DNA of 64,000 bases from Octopus vulgaris (lineage: Eukaryota), in assembly GCA_951406725.2 (NCBI GenBank), contig OX597819.1, positions 47,430,001-47,494,000 on the forward strand, written 5' to 3'. The notes under the pieces were generated by a model. It saw only the letters and a list, made by a program, of their open reading frames with translations. It had not been told where the DNA came from and did not search any database. Position numbers and translations under genes: made by a program. Of this stretch, positions 24,636-36,114 are shown one piece after another. Numbering within the stretch: position 1 is the stretch's first letter; every line of letters starts with the position of its first letter.

Positions 24636-25030
24636 CTGAAAATAAAATAAAATATATATAATTTTAAAGAAAGCTATAAAATGGATGTAACTATTTTGTA
24701 ATATGACCATGTGTTTAATGGGATGTAACATTTAACATAGTTTATAAAAAAATCATTTCTTCCTCTAGTCCTTTTGATAATGTGAAGGTGAGATTTGATG
24801 ACTAATTATAGAACTACCAACCATTTTTGGCTTCCTTTCAGAATTACTACAGTTCTGTCCAACTTTCTGAAGCAATTTCTCTTAAAACTGTTTCCTATGT
24901 TTTCTTATTCATTATTTTTATTTACTTTTTCCACGGAGTTTTTGGTTTTATAACCAACCCCACATATATAAGAAATGTAATGCTATGTATTGCTAAGTCA
25001 CTAGCTGTGACCGTAGATGACTAGCTGAAG

Positions 25031-25510
25031 TTGAGTTGGCAAACTGGCAGAATCATTAGTATGCTGGGTAAAATGTGTAGCAGCATTTCATCCATCTTTG
25101 CGTTCTGAGTTCAAATTCTACCAAGGTCAACTTTGCCTTTTATTCTTTTGGATTCGATAAAATAATTACCAAATAATTTAGGGTTGATGTAATTGGCTTA
25201 CCCCATCTGAAATTATTGACCTTGTGCCAAAATTTGAAATTGATATTAATGATGAGGGTAATAATTGTCACTATTATCATTATTGTTATTTGTTGCGAAG
25301 GTGGCAAGCTGGCAGAATTGTTAGCATGTTGGATGCAATACTTAGTGGTATTTTGCCTGTCGCAACATTCTGAGTTCAAATTCCACTGAGGTCGACTTTG
25401 CCTTTCATCCTTTCAGGGTTGATAAAATAAGTACCAGTTGAACACTGGGGTCGATGTAATCAACTCATCCTCACTTCCCCCAAGCTGCCCTTGTGGCAAA
25501 CATTTGAAAT
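25031..25510 (+). mobile_element. Tandem pair of SINE family C copies
   Basis: Two consecutive ctggcagaat..ttagc..gagttcaaattc..ctttgccttt units each followed by a TTA-rich tail; another copy at ~25905-26100. Confidence 0.75.
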
Positions 25511-26220
25511 TATTATTATTATTTGTCGCTAACATTTCACTCTTTTCAGTTTGCTTACATAAGTTGCATTGAGTTAACAGTAATAGGTCCCACATCAATA
25601 TAAATAGAAGATGCTAACATTACATGAGCCAGAATGTTAGTGTTCTTTATCCTCAGATCTACTCTCATTGAGCAAGCCTATGAACAAAGGAGTGCCATAT
25701 GTTATCATTTCAACCTTCTCTGAAACTAGCATGTCTAGGACCACATTGTCCAATATGTCCTACCCAGTTATTATTTTTTTTTTCAAGTGCATAGTAGTGA
25801 TCTGAGAAACATTTGGCTGCTAGTCTGAGCAAACCAAATGACCATGTAAAGACTCCTTCACTAGCTAACACTAAGAATATGTGTAATATTTAGGTACCCC
25901 TTAGGGCAGTGAACTGGCAGAATTGTTAGTACACCAGGAAAAATGCTTAGCAGCATTTCATCCATCTTAATGTTCTGAGTTCAAATTCAGCTGAGGTCGA
26001 CTTTGCCTTTCATTCTTTCAGGATTGATAAAATAAGCACCAGTGAGGTCGATGTAATCTTCCCTGAAATTGTTGGGCTTGAACCAAAATTTGAAACCAAC
26101 ATTTAGGCACTCTTTGTCATCTCAGTGATAACAGTTACAATAAAATAGGAAATGAAATAATCAGATTTAAATCTTATTAATCATTAGAATTGTTTTGGAG
26201 GTAATGAAAAAGTATCAAAC

Positions 26221-26333
26221 CTTCCCATAGTAAGGGAAACCAGGCTTGAAATATCCTTGAGAAAACTGTAGGTCAATTTTTACATATTCATTCTTTATCT
26301 CTGGTCCATAAACTGTTGAGTTGACAACCATTT
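26221..26333 (-). CDS. A2M/TEP-like exon (MG3/MG4): KMVVNSTVYGPEIKNEYVKIDLQFSQGYFKPGFPYYGK
   Basis: 113 nt phase 1 to 0; hallmark YFKPG(L/F)PY.GK. Confidence 0.95.
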
Positions 26334-26535
26334 CTGTATAAAATGAAAAAAAATATTTATTGTTGGGAAACATCTTTTTGCAGTTGGATGCTTTCTCTGT
26401 TGTTAGCTATTCAACTGTTAAATAGAAGTGGAACCTGTTGTAAACCAGGTAGACAAACTTGAGCAGAGTAATGTGTCTTGTTAAATGACGGGTATTAGTT
26501 TTAAAATCGTAACTATATAGCTACTATACATACAT

Positions 26536-26579
<44 letters not shown>

Positions 26580-26610
26580 CATCATAGCCAGCTACTTTGC
26601 TTATATATAT

Positions 26611-27030
26611 TACTCTTTACTCTTTTACTTGTTTCAGTCATTTGACTGCGGCCATGCTGGAGCACCACCTTTAGTAAAGTAAATCGACCTCAGGACTTAT
26701 TCTTTGTAAGCCTAGTACTTATTCTATCAGTCTCTTTTGCTGAACCACTATGTTACGAGGATGTAAACACACCAACATCGGTTGTCAAGCAATGGTTGGG
26801 GGACAAACACAGACACACAAACATATATATACACACATGTATATATATATATATACACACATATATACGACGGGCTTCTTTCAGTTTCCATCTACTAAAT
26901 CCACTCACAAGGCTTTGGTTGGCCCAAGGCTATAGTAGAAGACACTTGCCCAAGGTGCCACGCAGTGGGAATGAACCCGGAACCATGTGGTTGGTAAGCA
27001 AGCTACTTACCACACAGCCACTCCTGCACC
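26611..27030 (-). mobile_element. SINE family A
   Basis: Full-length match. Confidence 0.85.
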
Positions 27031-27075
27031 TATATTATACATAAAATAGAGCAATTATTTTATGTATAATTGCTC

Positions 27076-27289
27076 TATATTACTAGTTTTGGCACATAAC
27101 TGGTCTGAATGTTACGGACAATTTCATTCTGACTATTTATATTTGGTAATGTTGACAACTCTTCAGACATGCTGGCCAGAAGCACTTCCAGCCAGTATAT
27201 CTAAAGAGTCATCAACATTGCAAGTGTAATAATTGGCATGAAAGTGTTGATAACATTTACATCAGTTATATGCTAAAATCAGTAATATA
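27076..27289. repeat. Old diverged inverted repeat with hammerhead-like cores
   Basis: tatattactagttttggcacataactg vs cagttatatgctaaaatcagtaatata; minus strand AUGU CUGAAGA...GAAA...GUA ACAU at 27109-27170. Confidence 0.65.
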
Positions 27290-27724
27290 CTACTGGACAA
27301 TATAAATACAAACATGCACACATATATTGCAGAGGGTTACCAGTTCATCGGAACATAGTCAGGCCACTTAGAATAAAGGACTGAAAATATGAAGTCTGAG
27401 TGTCAATATGCTTTATCGAAAACAATTAGTCTAACAAAATACATATTCTGAATCACCCAAAAGTTCATCAGTCCCTGATAAGCTCACATGCAATAGAGTA
27501 TATGTATTTTTAGGGCTCATTATTTTGGATAAAATACATCACATTTAATTGCAGCTTTCTCCACTAGTCTAACCCAGACATTTGTCTTTCAGTAAATCAG
27601 GCTGAGATGAATGTTTGTATGCACCAACATGCACTTCCTCATTCATCATACAGGGTTGGCCAAAAGTCATCTGACAGTAAATCAAAACCCATATTTCAGA
27701 TTTCAGAACATTTATAAAGAGAAG

Positions 27725-27772
27725 GTCTTACAGCTGTTTCTGGGATATTTTATATATCCCTTCATCAGAGAC
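27725..27772 (-). ncRNA. Minimal type-I hammerhead ribozyme with intact core
   Basis: GUCU CUGAUGA A GGGAUAU-AUAAA-AUAUCCC A GAAA CAGCUG UA AGAC: stem I GUCU/AGAC, 7-bp stem II, palindromic stem III ACAGCUGU, GUA cleavage triplet. Confidence 0.85.
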
Positions 27773-28014
27773 GGTGTGAGAAGATGGTTAAGCAATAGTT
27801 ATTCTAGAGAAGATATGAAATAGAGAGTGAAGTGGAAGAATGAAAACAGACGTGAGATATGCACGGATATTGTATCTGCAGTACCATTCTGCTTAAATAA
27901 TGGAACTGCAGATACAATATCCGTGCATATCTCATGTCTGTTTTCGTTCCTCCACTTCACTCTCTATTTCATATCCTCTCTAGAATAACTATTGCTTAAC
28001 CTTTTTCTCACACA

Positions 28015-28062
28015 GTCTCCAATGAAGAGATATATAAAATATCCTGGAAACAGCTGTAAGAT
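28015..28062 (+). ncRNA. Mirror hammerhead copy, core mutated (CCAAUGA)
   Basis: GUCU CCAAUGA A GAGAUAU...AUAUCCU G GAAA CAGCUG UA AGAU. Confidence 0.5.
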
Positions 28063-28272
28063 CTCTTTATAAATGTTCTGAAATCTTCCTCAGCCTTGGA
28101 TTTTTATCTCATTCAGTTAATTTTTTATATATATGCATACCAATATATGACCTATGTTGGACTCCTCATTTATATAATCACCGAACCTGGAACTTAACTA
28201 TGGTCTGTCTATAGCACTTACTCAGCCTTACCTGACACCTTTGGGCCTTCTTGACACCATTACCTCTCATAA

Positions 28273-28311
<39 letters not shown>

Positions 28312-28497
28312 CATTATTGAAGTCAAGAAATATAATGATGGAGAAGTCAAGTTTAGGGTATCAAAATAAGTCAAGTTACTTTATTAGCTTCAGTTTATCT
28401 AACCAGAATTATTAAAATATTCTAAATAAGGAAAATAAAAATTAAATCAAATTGACAATGTTTACTTCAACTGAGAAAAAAGATGAATGACTCTTAC

Positions 28498-28615
28498 TTG
28501 TTTCTACATCAGTAACTGAAGCTGTGATTTCAAGGAAGGCATCTTTCAAAGAATACTTGTTCAAAGATAAACCAACCTCTGATGTATTGACAGAAAAATT
28601 ATTGCAGCCACATAT
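28498..28615 (-). CDS. A2M/TEP-like exon: ICGCNNFSVNTSEVGLSLNKYSLKDAFLEITASVTDVET
   Basis: ttctag acceptor, gtaaga donor, 118 nt phase 0 to 1; 'GC..F.V...' and 'A.VTE..T' pattern. Confidence 0.9.
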
Positions 28616-28870
28616 CTAGAAAATAAATTTAGATTAAAATTTTTTTTAGAAATGATAATTTGTGTGTTTTCTGTTTTGAGGAAAGTATAATTCATTTATA
28701 ATACAACTGCGCAATACAAATTTGATCAAGCAACATACATATGAACAAATTAAAGTTAAAATTTTAAGCCTGTCTCAAGTTCAAAGGCTCATTAAACAAG
28801 AGCTTATCCTAGTTTTTGTGGAGTCCAATTGACAGCTTATACATACACACACACACACATACATACATAC

Positions 28871-29135
28871 ATATAAAAGATTGAGGTGGAAATAACACAG
28901 AAGTAAGTCTAAGACATTTCAATTTAAAAGGGAATTTAATAAAAAAATTATACAAAGAAAATATTACGGGTTTCGATGTATTTCATCAACTATCAGTAAA
29001 AATTTTTCTAAAAATTTGAAGTAAAAACAGTTTTATCTTCTGTCTGGAGGGTCAAGAACATTTTTATTAAATTCCTTCTTAAATTGAAATGTCTTAGACT
29101 TACTTCTGCACCATTTCCATCTCCATCTTTTATAT
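28871..29135. repeat. Inverted repeat (~75-bp arms, ~115-bp spacer) with degenerate hammerhead-like motif in spacer
   Basis: cagaagtaagtctaagacatttcaatttaa vs ttaaattgaaatgtcttagacttacttctg. Confidence 0.8.
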
Positions 29136-29189
29136 ATAAATATTTGATTTGTATAGATCTCTAATCTTTTTTCAACTATATATATATAT

Positions 29190-29690
29190 ATCATCATCAT
29201 CATCGTTTAACATTCGTTTTCCATGCTAGCATGGGTTGGACGATTTTGACTGAGGGCTGGTGAACCAGATGGCTGCACCAGGCTCCAATCTTGATCTGGC
29301 AGAGTTTCTACAGCTGGATGCCCTTCCTAACACCAACCACTCTGAGAGTGTAGTGGGTGCTTTTTATGTGCCATCGGCACGGGGGCCAGTTAGGCGGTAC
29401 TGGCAATGACCTCGCTCGAATCTTTTTACATGTGCCAGTGAAGCGACGTTGGTAACGATCACGCTCGAATAGTGCCCTTTTACATGCCACAGGTACGGAA
29501 GCCAGTTGGCTGCTCTGGCAACAATCACAATCGGATGGTGCTCTTGGCACTCTACTAGCACAGGCATAAGTGCCAGTAAGGCGATGCCGGTAACGATCAT
29601 ACTCGAATAGCCACTCTGTCAATGATCACACTCGTATGGTGCTCTTTGTACCCCGCTAGCATGGATGCCAGTCATCAAATTGATTTTGAT
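29190..29690 (-). mobile_element. Family B repeat (RTE 3'UTR type) with internal tandem sub-repeats
   Basis: (cat)n tail; repeated gtgccagt..ggtaacgatcacgctcgaat units. Confidence 0.8.
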
Positions 29691-29720
29691 TTTGATATAT
29701 ATATATATATATATGTATAT

Positions 29721-29756
<36 letters not shown>

Positions 29757-29954
29757 ACATATATATATATGCATGTATGTGTGTGTGTGGATATATAAAT
29801 ATATATATATATATATGTATGTGTGTGGATATATATATATATATATGCATGTATATCATCATCGTCATCATCATTCATTGTCCCCTTTCTGTGCTGGCAT
29901 GGGTTAGACATATTTATATATATGTGTATGTGTGTGTGTATACATATACATAGG

Positions 29955-31430
29955 AAGTCCTACACAAACCACAATGTGGATTTCAACCATCCAGAGGGAC
30001 AACTGACATGATCTTTTGTACTCGACAAATACAAGAAAAGAGTAGAGTACAACAAAAACCTATTTTGTTTTCTATGACCTCAAAAGGCCCTTGATACTGT
30101 CCCAAGGCCTGCAATTTGGAAGGTCTTCTGGCTGCTTCAATCAGTTCATTTCCCTAGTACAGGGATTATATGATGGTATGACTGGAACCATCTTCCATCA
30201 AAACCAACTGTCTGAAGACTTACCCATCACTGGAGGATTGAAACAAGGATGCGTTTTTGCTCTGACACTCTTCTCCCAGTACCTTGCAGCAGTGTTTCAT
30301 GAACTGCCTTCAGATGATCCAGAAATCAACATTAGGTACTGATATGATGGGGGATGTTTCAACCTTGCCAGATTGAAGTCACAAAGACTGACCAGGAAGC
30401 AAAAACAAAAAACCAAAAAAAAAACACTGAACTTCAGTATGCTGATGATAATGCAGCAGTCTGCCACTCCAGTGAAAAACTTCAACAATCGGTGAATAAC
30501 TTCACCAATGTTTTCATTCGGTTTGACCTAAAAGTCAACATCAAAAAGACAAAAATCCTGGCACAACCCGTTCTGAGTCAGGAAACTCCAGATCTCAACA
30601 TTACCTTCTCAGAGATGCCACTGGAGAAAGTTGACCATATTTCATACCTAAAAAGTTTGCTTTCAAACAAGTGCACATCGGAAAAGGATGTAGAGAACTG
30701 ATTAAGAGTGGCTCACACCACGTTTGGTGGAGTCGCAAAAAGAGGGTTTAAGAACAAAGATCTGAACCACCAAACAAAATTGAGTGTCTACCAAGTAGCT
30801 GTGAAATGTGGACTCTTTACTGAAGTGATGTCAAAAAACTAGAGTGATTTCACCAACAGAAGCTCCTCTCTATTATGAATATCAAATGGAATGATTATGT
30901 GACTGATGTCTCCATTTTGGAGAGAACGAAAAGCTGTAGCATCAAGGCTACCATCTTGAAACATCATCTGAGATGGGCGGGCTATGTAGCAAGAGTGACA
31001 GAGACCAGTCTGCCTCGTCAAATTTTATATGGTGAACTTTCCACTGGAAGAAGACGCCATGGCTGTCCCCTTCGTCAATACAAGGACCAACTGAAGCAAA
31101 GCTTAAAACTGACTGGAATCGATCCCAAAGCTTGGGACATTGAAGCTCCAGACAGGCCAGGCTGGCATCATTCCATCTCCACTGTGACAGATTATTTTGT
31201 AGCTGAACGACAGAGGAAAGAAGAAGAGACATGGCAAGAAAGAAAATGGAGGCTGCAACAACCAAAGCCTCCCCCACGGATCCCTTGTGAACTTTGCAGT
31301 AGACACCTCCATGCAAGAACCAGCCTCATTAGCCATCAGAAGCATAAACATGGACAGAGGGGAAGAAGAAATCAAGAAGAAGCCAAATAAACTATCGGAC
31401 AGATGATAAAACACTGCCACTGCTGATGTG
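29955..31430 (+). mobile_element. RTE/BovB-like LINE, 5'-truncated and decayed
   Basis: GLKQGCVFALTLF, ELQYADD, LKVNIKKTKIL, LRWAGYVARV...LPRQILYGEL..GRR, C-terminal C2H2 CELCSR...LISHQKH. Confidence 0.92.
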
Positions 31431-32329
31431 AATATATATATATATATATACATACATGCGTGAGTGTGTGTGTATGCATGTATTGCAGTCTAGTGATTAA
31501 AATAAGTAAATGAAGATAAAAGATGAGAATAATTTACACATGAAAGACAGTTTTTTTTTTCAACATATTACCAAATTAAAACATAATAGGGTTAAACACT
31601 TCAATCTGTTGAACAATATAGTAGCATAGAATCTCTCTACATCAAGCAAGAAAGTATTTTGGGGATGACACCTGCTTCCCCTATTGTATACCTACATAAC
31701 GTAGAGTGGGGTTTAATTAAAAAATGATAACTTCTTGCAACACATTCACATTGGAGTTACTGATATTGAGCTAGCAAGTAAGAAGACATTTCAGAATTAA
31801 AATAACATTAAGACAAATAGAATATAAGTGAAGCCCATTTCACATAGACAAATGTTTATAAAAGGATGAATGAGGGCAAGAACACTATAAGACAATCAAT
31901 GACCAGTGCTAGTTCACAAGAACTTGGTGCTAAACTATATATGGTATTAAACTGTTTATAATGATGATGAATGGATGACATGTCATATAAGTGGTGTTTC
32001 AGATAATAGTTCCTAATTTTTGTCTTATCTGTGTTATTTTATGTGTATACATATAAATACAACTGTTTATATATACATATATGTGTGTGTGTGTGAGTCT
32101 CTTTCTCTTCCTTTCACTCTCTCTCTCTCTCTCTCTCTCTCCTTTCCTTCTCTCTCCTTCTTTCTACCTCCTTCTCTCCCCCTATCTATATATATGTGTG
32201 TGTGTGTGGGTATATATACACACACATGTTTATATATCTGTATAATAAGCTTGTAGATGAATGAGAAATAGGGAGCCATTGCAGAGTATGGGTGGAGAGA
32301 GAGAGAGAGATATGCACACATGTATAAAT

Positions 32330-32400
<71 letters not shown>

Positions 32401-33359
32401 CACACACACGTTTACACAGCATCGTCATAATTTAACATATCCATATCTCATGCTGGCATGGGCTGGGCAGTTTAATAGGCTCTGATGAACCAGAGGATTG
32501 CATGCAACAACAATGCTTGCCTTGACATGGTTTCTACATGCAAACTATCCTTCCTAATACCCACCCCTTTATATAGGTGTCCTGGGTGCTTTTTTCATTG
32601 CACTAGTGCTTGTGAGGTTACCAAGTAACTCACAATACAAGGCCCTTCAAGTAAATAGGGGTGCAGTATCAAGGGTGATGGTTTCGTGCCAGATGTGAAG
32701 AGGCTAGAGGGACAGGAATAGGTGTCTGGCTGTAAAGGAGATACATGGCGACCCCAGCAGGAAAGGGAGAAAAGATGGAGACAAGGTATCGGGGGACACC
32801 ATCAATTTACAAGGAAGTAGATAAAGAAAAAAATAGAGCCAGAAGACTTGAGGATGGTTGGAGGGGTAGGTTTCTGAGTCTGTGAAAGGAGAGGGACAGA
32901 TGGTTAGAGGTGGGGTCAGAGGCGAATGCAGTGAATGGTGAATCTTGGGTTGGAGTGGAGGTAAAGGAGAATAGAAGTGGATCAAGGAGCAGGTAATAGG
33001 TAAAAAGTGGTGAGGTGGAGAGCAACAGTATAATAAGCTTATAGATGAATGAGAAATAAGGAGCCATTGCAGAGTGTGGGTGGAGAGAGAGAGAGATATG
33101 CACAATGACAAAGACATGGGCTGCTGAGAGGTATATAGTGAGTAGCAAAAAAAGTGTGGGGTGCTGTTGATGGCAGATATGAGAGGGTGTTCAGGGGAAA
33201 AAGGGATTTAGTGGAAAAAAAAGTGGTAAGGGATGATGTTGGGTATGTGGCTCCAAGGACAGAGATAAGTGATAGCACAAATGGGGGGAATGGAATATAT
33301 ATATATACAGGGAATGATGGGTAAATTGCCACCATTTTATATTTTTATATATTTAATTT

Positions 33360-34149
33360 CGTGCATGTGCAGTTTTTGTTCTTGATTTTGTTGACTACAC
33401 AGTATAATAGGGTCAGTTGGGCACTGTCTGTGAGAAAAACAGCACCATGATGCAATCCATTTTGCCAGAAATTTGGAAATGATATGCTGGAAGCTCCAAT
33501 ATGAAAATTTCAGAATGCTTGGGTGTCAATCTGAGGACATGTACTAAGAATAATAAAAATCAAACATCCAGTCAACATCATGGTGTTTGGAGTGATCACT
33601 TGTGATGGTGACTTTATGCCTCCATTCATCTTCTCACATAGCCTCAAACTCAACACAGAGGCCTACATCAAGTGCCTGGAGAATGTAGTGCTGCCCTGGG
33701 TTAAGAGGGCAACTGCTGGAAGACACTTTGTCTGGCAACAGGACTCTGCACCATACCACACAAGCAGGGGAATGCAGTCATGGCTGTCAGACAATATCTA
33801 CAACAACATCTGACATCTGGCAACCTAACTCCCTAGACTGCAACCCCTTGATTGTTATGTGTGGGATGCATTTGAGCATGAGACCAACAACACTTGACCA
33901 ACAAACACCAAAGATTAACCAAAAGCAAGGATTATAGCAGCATTCACCAACATAAACAAGATCTTCCAGAAGAGATTCTGAAGTCATCTGGAGGCCATGA
34001 TTGAAGCCAATGAAGATTTTATTGAATAAATTTACTCTTTAGTATTTCAAGATATTTCTGTGTAATTTTAGTACATATATCTGGTAAAATGAGATATCAG
34101 TGTTATTTTCATTTTTGCATAATTTAGACAGCTTATTCACTGCACCCTG
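33360..34149 (+). mobile_element. Tc1/mariner-superfamily (maT/DD37D-like) transposon remnant
   Basis: MVFGVIT.DG..MPPFIF..YIKCLE.VVLPW...FVWQQDSAP.HTS and W.PNSLDCNPL motifs; ends caccctg-TA. Confidence 0.8.
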
Positions 34150-34740
34150 TATGTATAAACATACACATATGGATGCAAGTGGTGTCCTTCATTTCCAATC
34201 TTCTGAGATATCTAGCTTTGTGGAAATATTACCTTACTTAGAAATAGGTGAGGGTTGGCAACAGAAAGACCATCCAGCTAAAGTAAATACTATCTGACCC
34301 ATGAAAGCATTTAAAAATGAACATTAAAATGATGATATTATATATATATATCATCATCATCATCGTTTAACGTCTGCTTTCCATGCTAGCATGGGTTGGA
34401 CGGTTCGACCGAAGTCTTGGAAGCCAGGAGGCTGCACCAGGCCCAGTCTGATCTGGCAGTGTACTACAGCTAGATGCCAACCACTCTGTGAGTGTAGTGG
34501 GTGCTTTTTATGTGCCACCGCACATGCATGGCTGTGTGGTTAAGAAGCTTGCTTTTCAACCAGGTGGTTTCTGATTCAGTCCCACTGCACAGAACCTTGG
34601 GCAATTATTTTCAATTCTAGCTAGGTTGATCAATGCCTTGAGAGTGGATATGGTAAACAGTAACAGTGTGAAAGCTTTTTATATATATACTTTGATACTT
34701 TGATACTTTGATAGGTTTCGGCCATTATTGGCCCAGGCCA

Positions 34741-34780
<40 letters not shown>

Positions 34781-34784
<4 letters not shown>

Positions 34785-36056
34785 GTCATCCCATAAATAA
34801 TGCAGTTCTTTTTCAATTGTATGAACTAAGAGTCTGAGGGGGAGGGAATAAACTTCCTGCATCAACTTGCTATAAAAACAGGTAGTAATTTTATCTTGTA
34901 CTTCTTCTTAGTGCAAGTTTTGAAGAGTGCAGTTTGATTTTAACAGTTATTTTTTCAAAGCTATAATGGAAGTGACAAAGGAGCACATTTGGCATCTTTT
35001 GTTTTATGAGTTCAATAAAGGTAACAATGGAATGGAAAGTGTGAGGAATATTAATGCAGTATATGGAGATTGGACAATAAGCGCAAGCCAGTGTCAACAG
35101 TGGTTCCAGAAACTCCTAGCCAGAAACTATAGCCTAAAAGATTATCCTTGTCCTGGAAGATTTGTAGACCTTGACAAGGACATCCTGCAAAACCTGGTGG
35201 AACAAAATCTCATCATAACTGTTAAGAAACTAGCAGAGAAGCTTGGATTTGGTCATTCAAACATTCATCAACACCTGCGTGCCATTGGAAAAGTCAAATT
35301 GAGTCAATGGGTTCCTCACAAACTTTCTGAGTCTAATTGCATGTAGAGAGTGAATGTGCGCTCTTCTTTGCAGCCACTTCTCATGGATTAACCTTTTTTT
35401 GGACTGAATAGTGACTAGAGACAAGAAATGGGTTTTCTATAGAAATGTCATGTGCCAAAGACAGTGGGTAGGGAAAAGAGCAACACCAGCACCCCAGCTA
35501 AAGGTTTTTACCCATGTAAGGTGTTGTTATCTGTTTGGTGGGATATGACAGGTTTAGTCCACTTTGAACTTTTAAACCCAAACCAAACAATAACAAAGGA
35601 GATCTACAGTGAGCATCTTGAGTGGCTTAAGTCAGCATTAGAAGAAAAATGACCATCTTTGGTTTCAAGACAAAAGGTGTTCTTCTATCAGGATAATGCT
35701 CAGCTACATACAATGAGGATGACATTCCAAAGGCTGGAGCAGTTTGATTGGGAAATGCTGCCCCACCCAACATATTCACCAGACATTGCCCCATCTGATT
35801 ATCATTTATTCAGCAGACTTCAAAATCATTTGGACAGAAAAAACATGAATTCTGTAGATGAGGTCAGAACTGGAGGAGTATTTTTCATTATGGACAAGTG
35901 AATTTTGGAAGAGGGGCCTTGCAAGTCTGCTAGATAGATGGAAGAGCATTGTAGAAAATGGAGAGTATATTTTAGATTAAAAAAGAACATTGTTTATCTT
36001 AATTTTGAAAAATAAAAGAAGTATAAAAAAACTGCATTATTTATGGGATGACCCAA
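34781..36056 (+). mobile_element. Full-length decayed mariner transposon (~1.28 kb) in a (TA)n tract
   Basis: TIRs ttgggtcatcccataaataatgcagtt / aactgcattatttatgggatgacccaa. Confidence 0.95.
34966..35980 (+). pseudogene. Mariner transposase pseudogene
   Basis: WVPHKL, VLLSVWWD..G.VHFELL, QDNA, HPTYSPDIAPSDYHLF motifs broken by stops and frameshifts. Confidence 0.93.
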
Positions 36057-36057
36057 C

Positions 36058-36114
<57 letters not shown>

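Larger units (their letters stand above)
27698..28086. mobile_element. ~390-bp palindromic hammerhead-bearing element (Penelope-like pLTR-type)
   Basis: ~190-bp arms, 10-nt loop at 27889-27898; right arm continues as unique tail to (TA)n at ~28276. Confidence 0.9.

Noticed and set aside
29380-29660. CRISPR-like repeat-spacer pattern
   Set aside because: Degenerate internal sub-repeats of a LINE 3' UTR in eukaryotic DNA; no unique spacers or cas genes
34705-34742. Partial hammerhead-like GGCCA-AUAA-UGGCC GAAA on minus strand
   Set aside because: No CUGANGA core or stem I; at best a fragment
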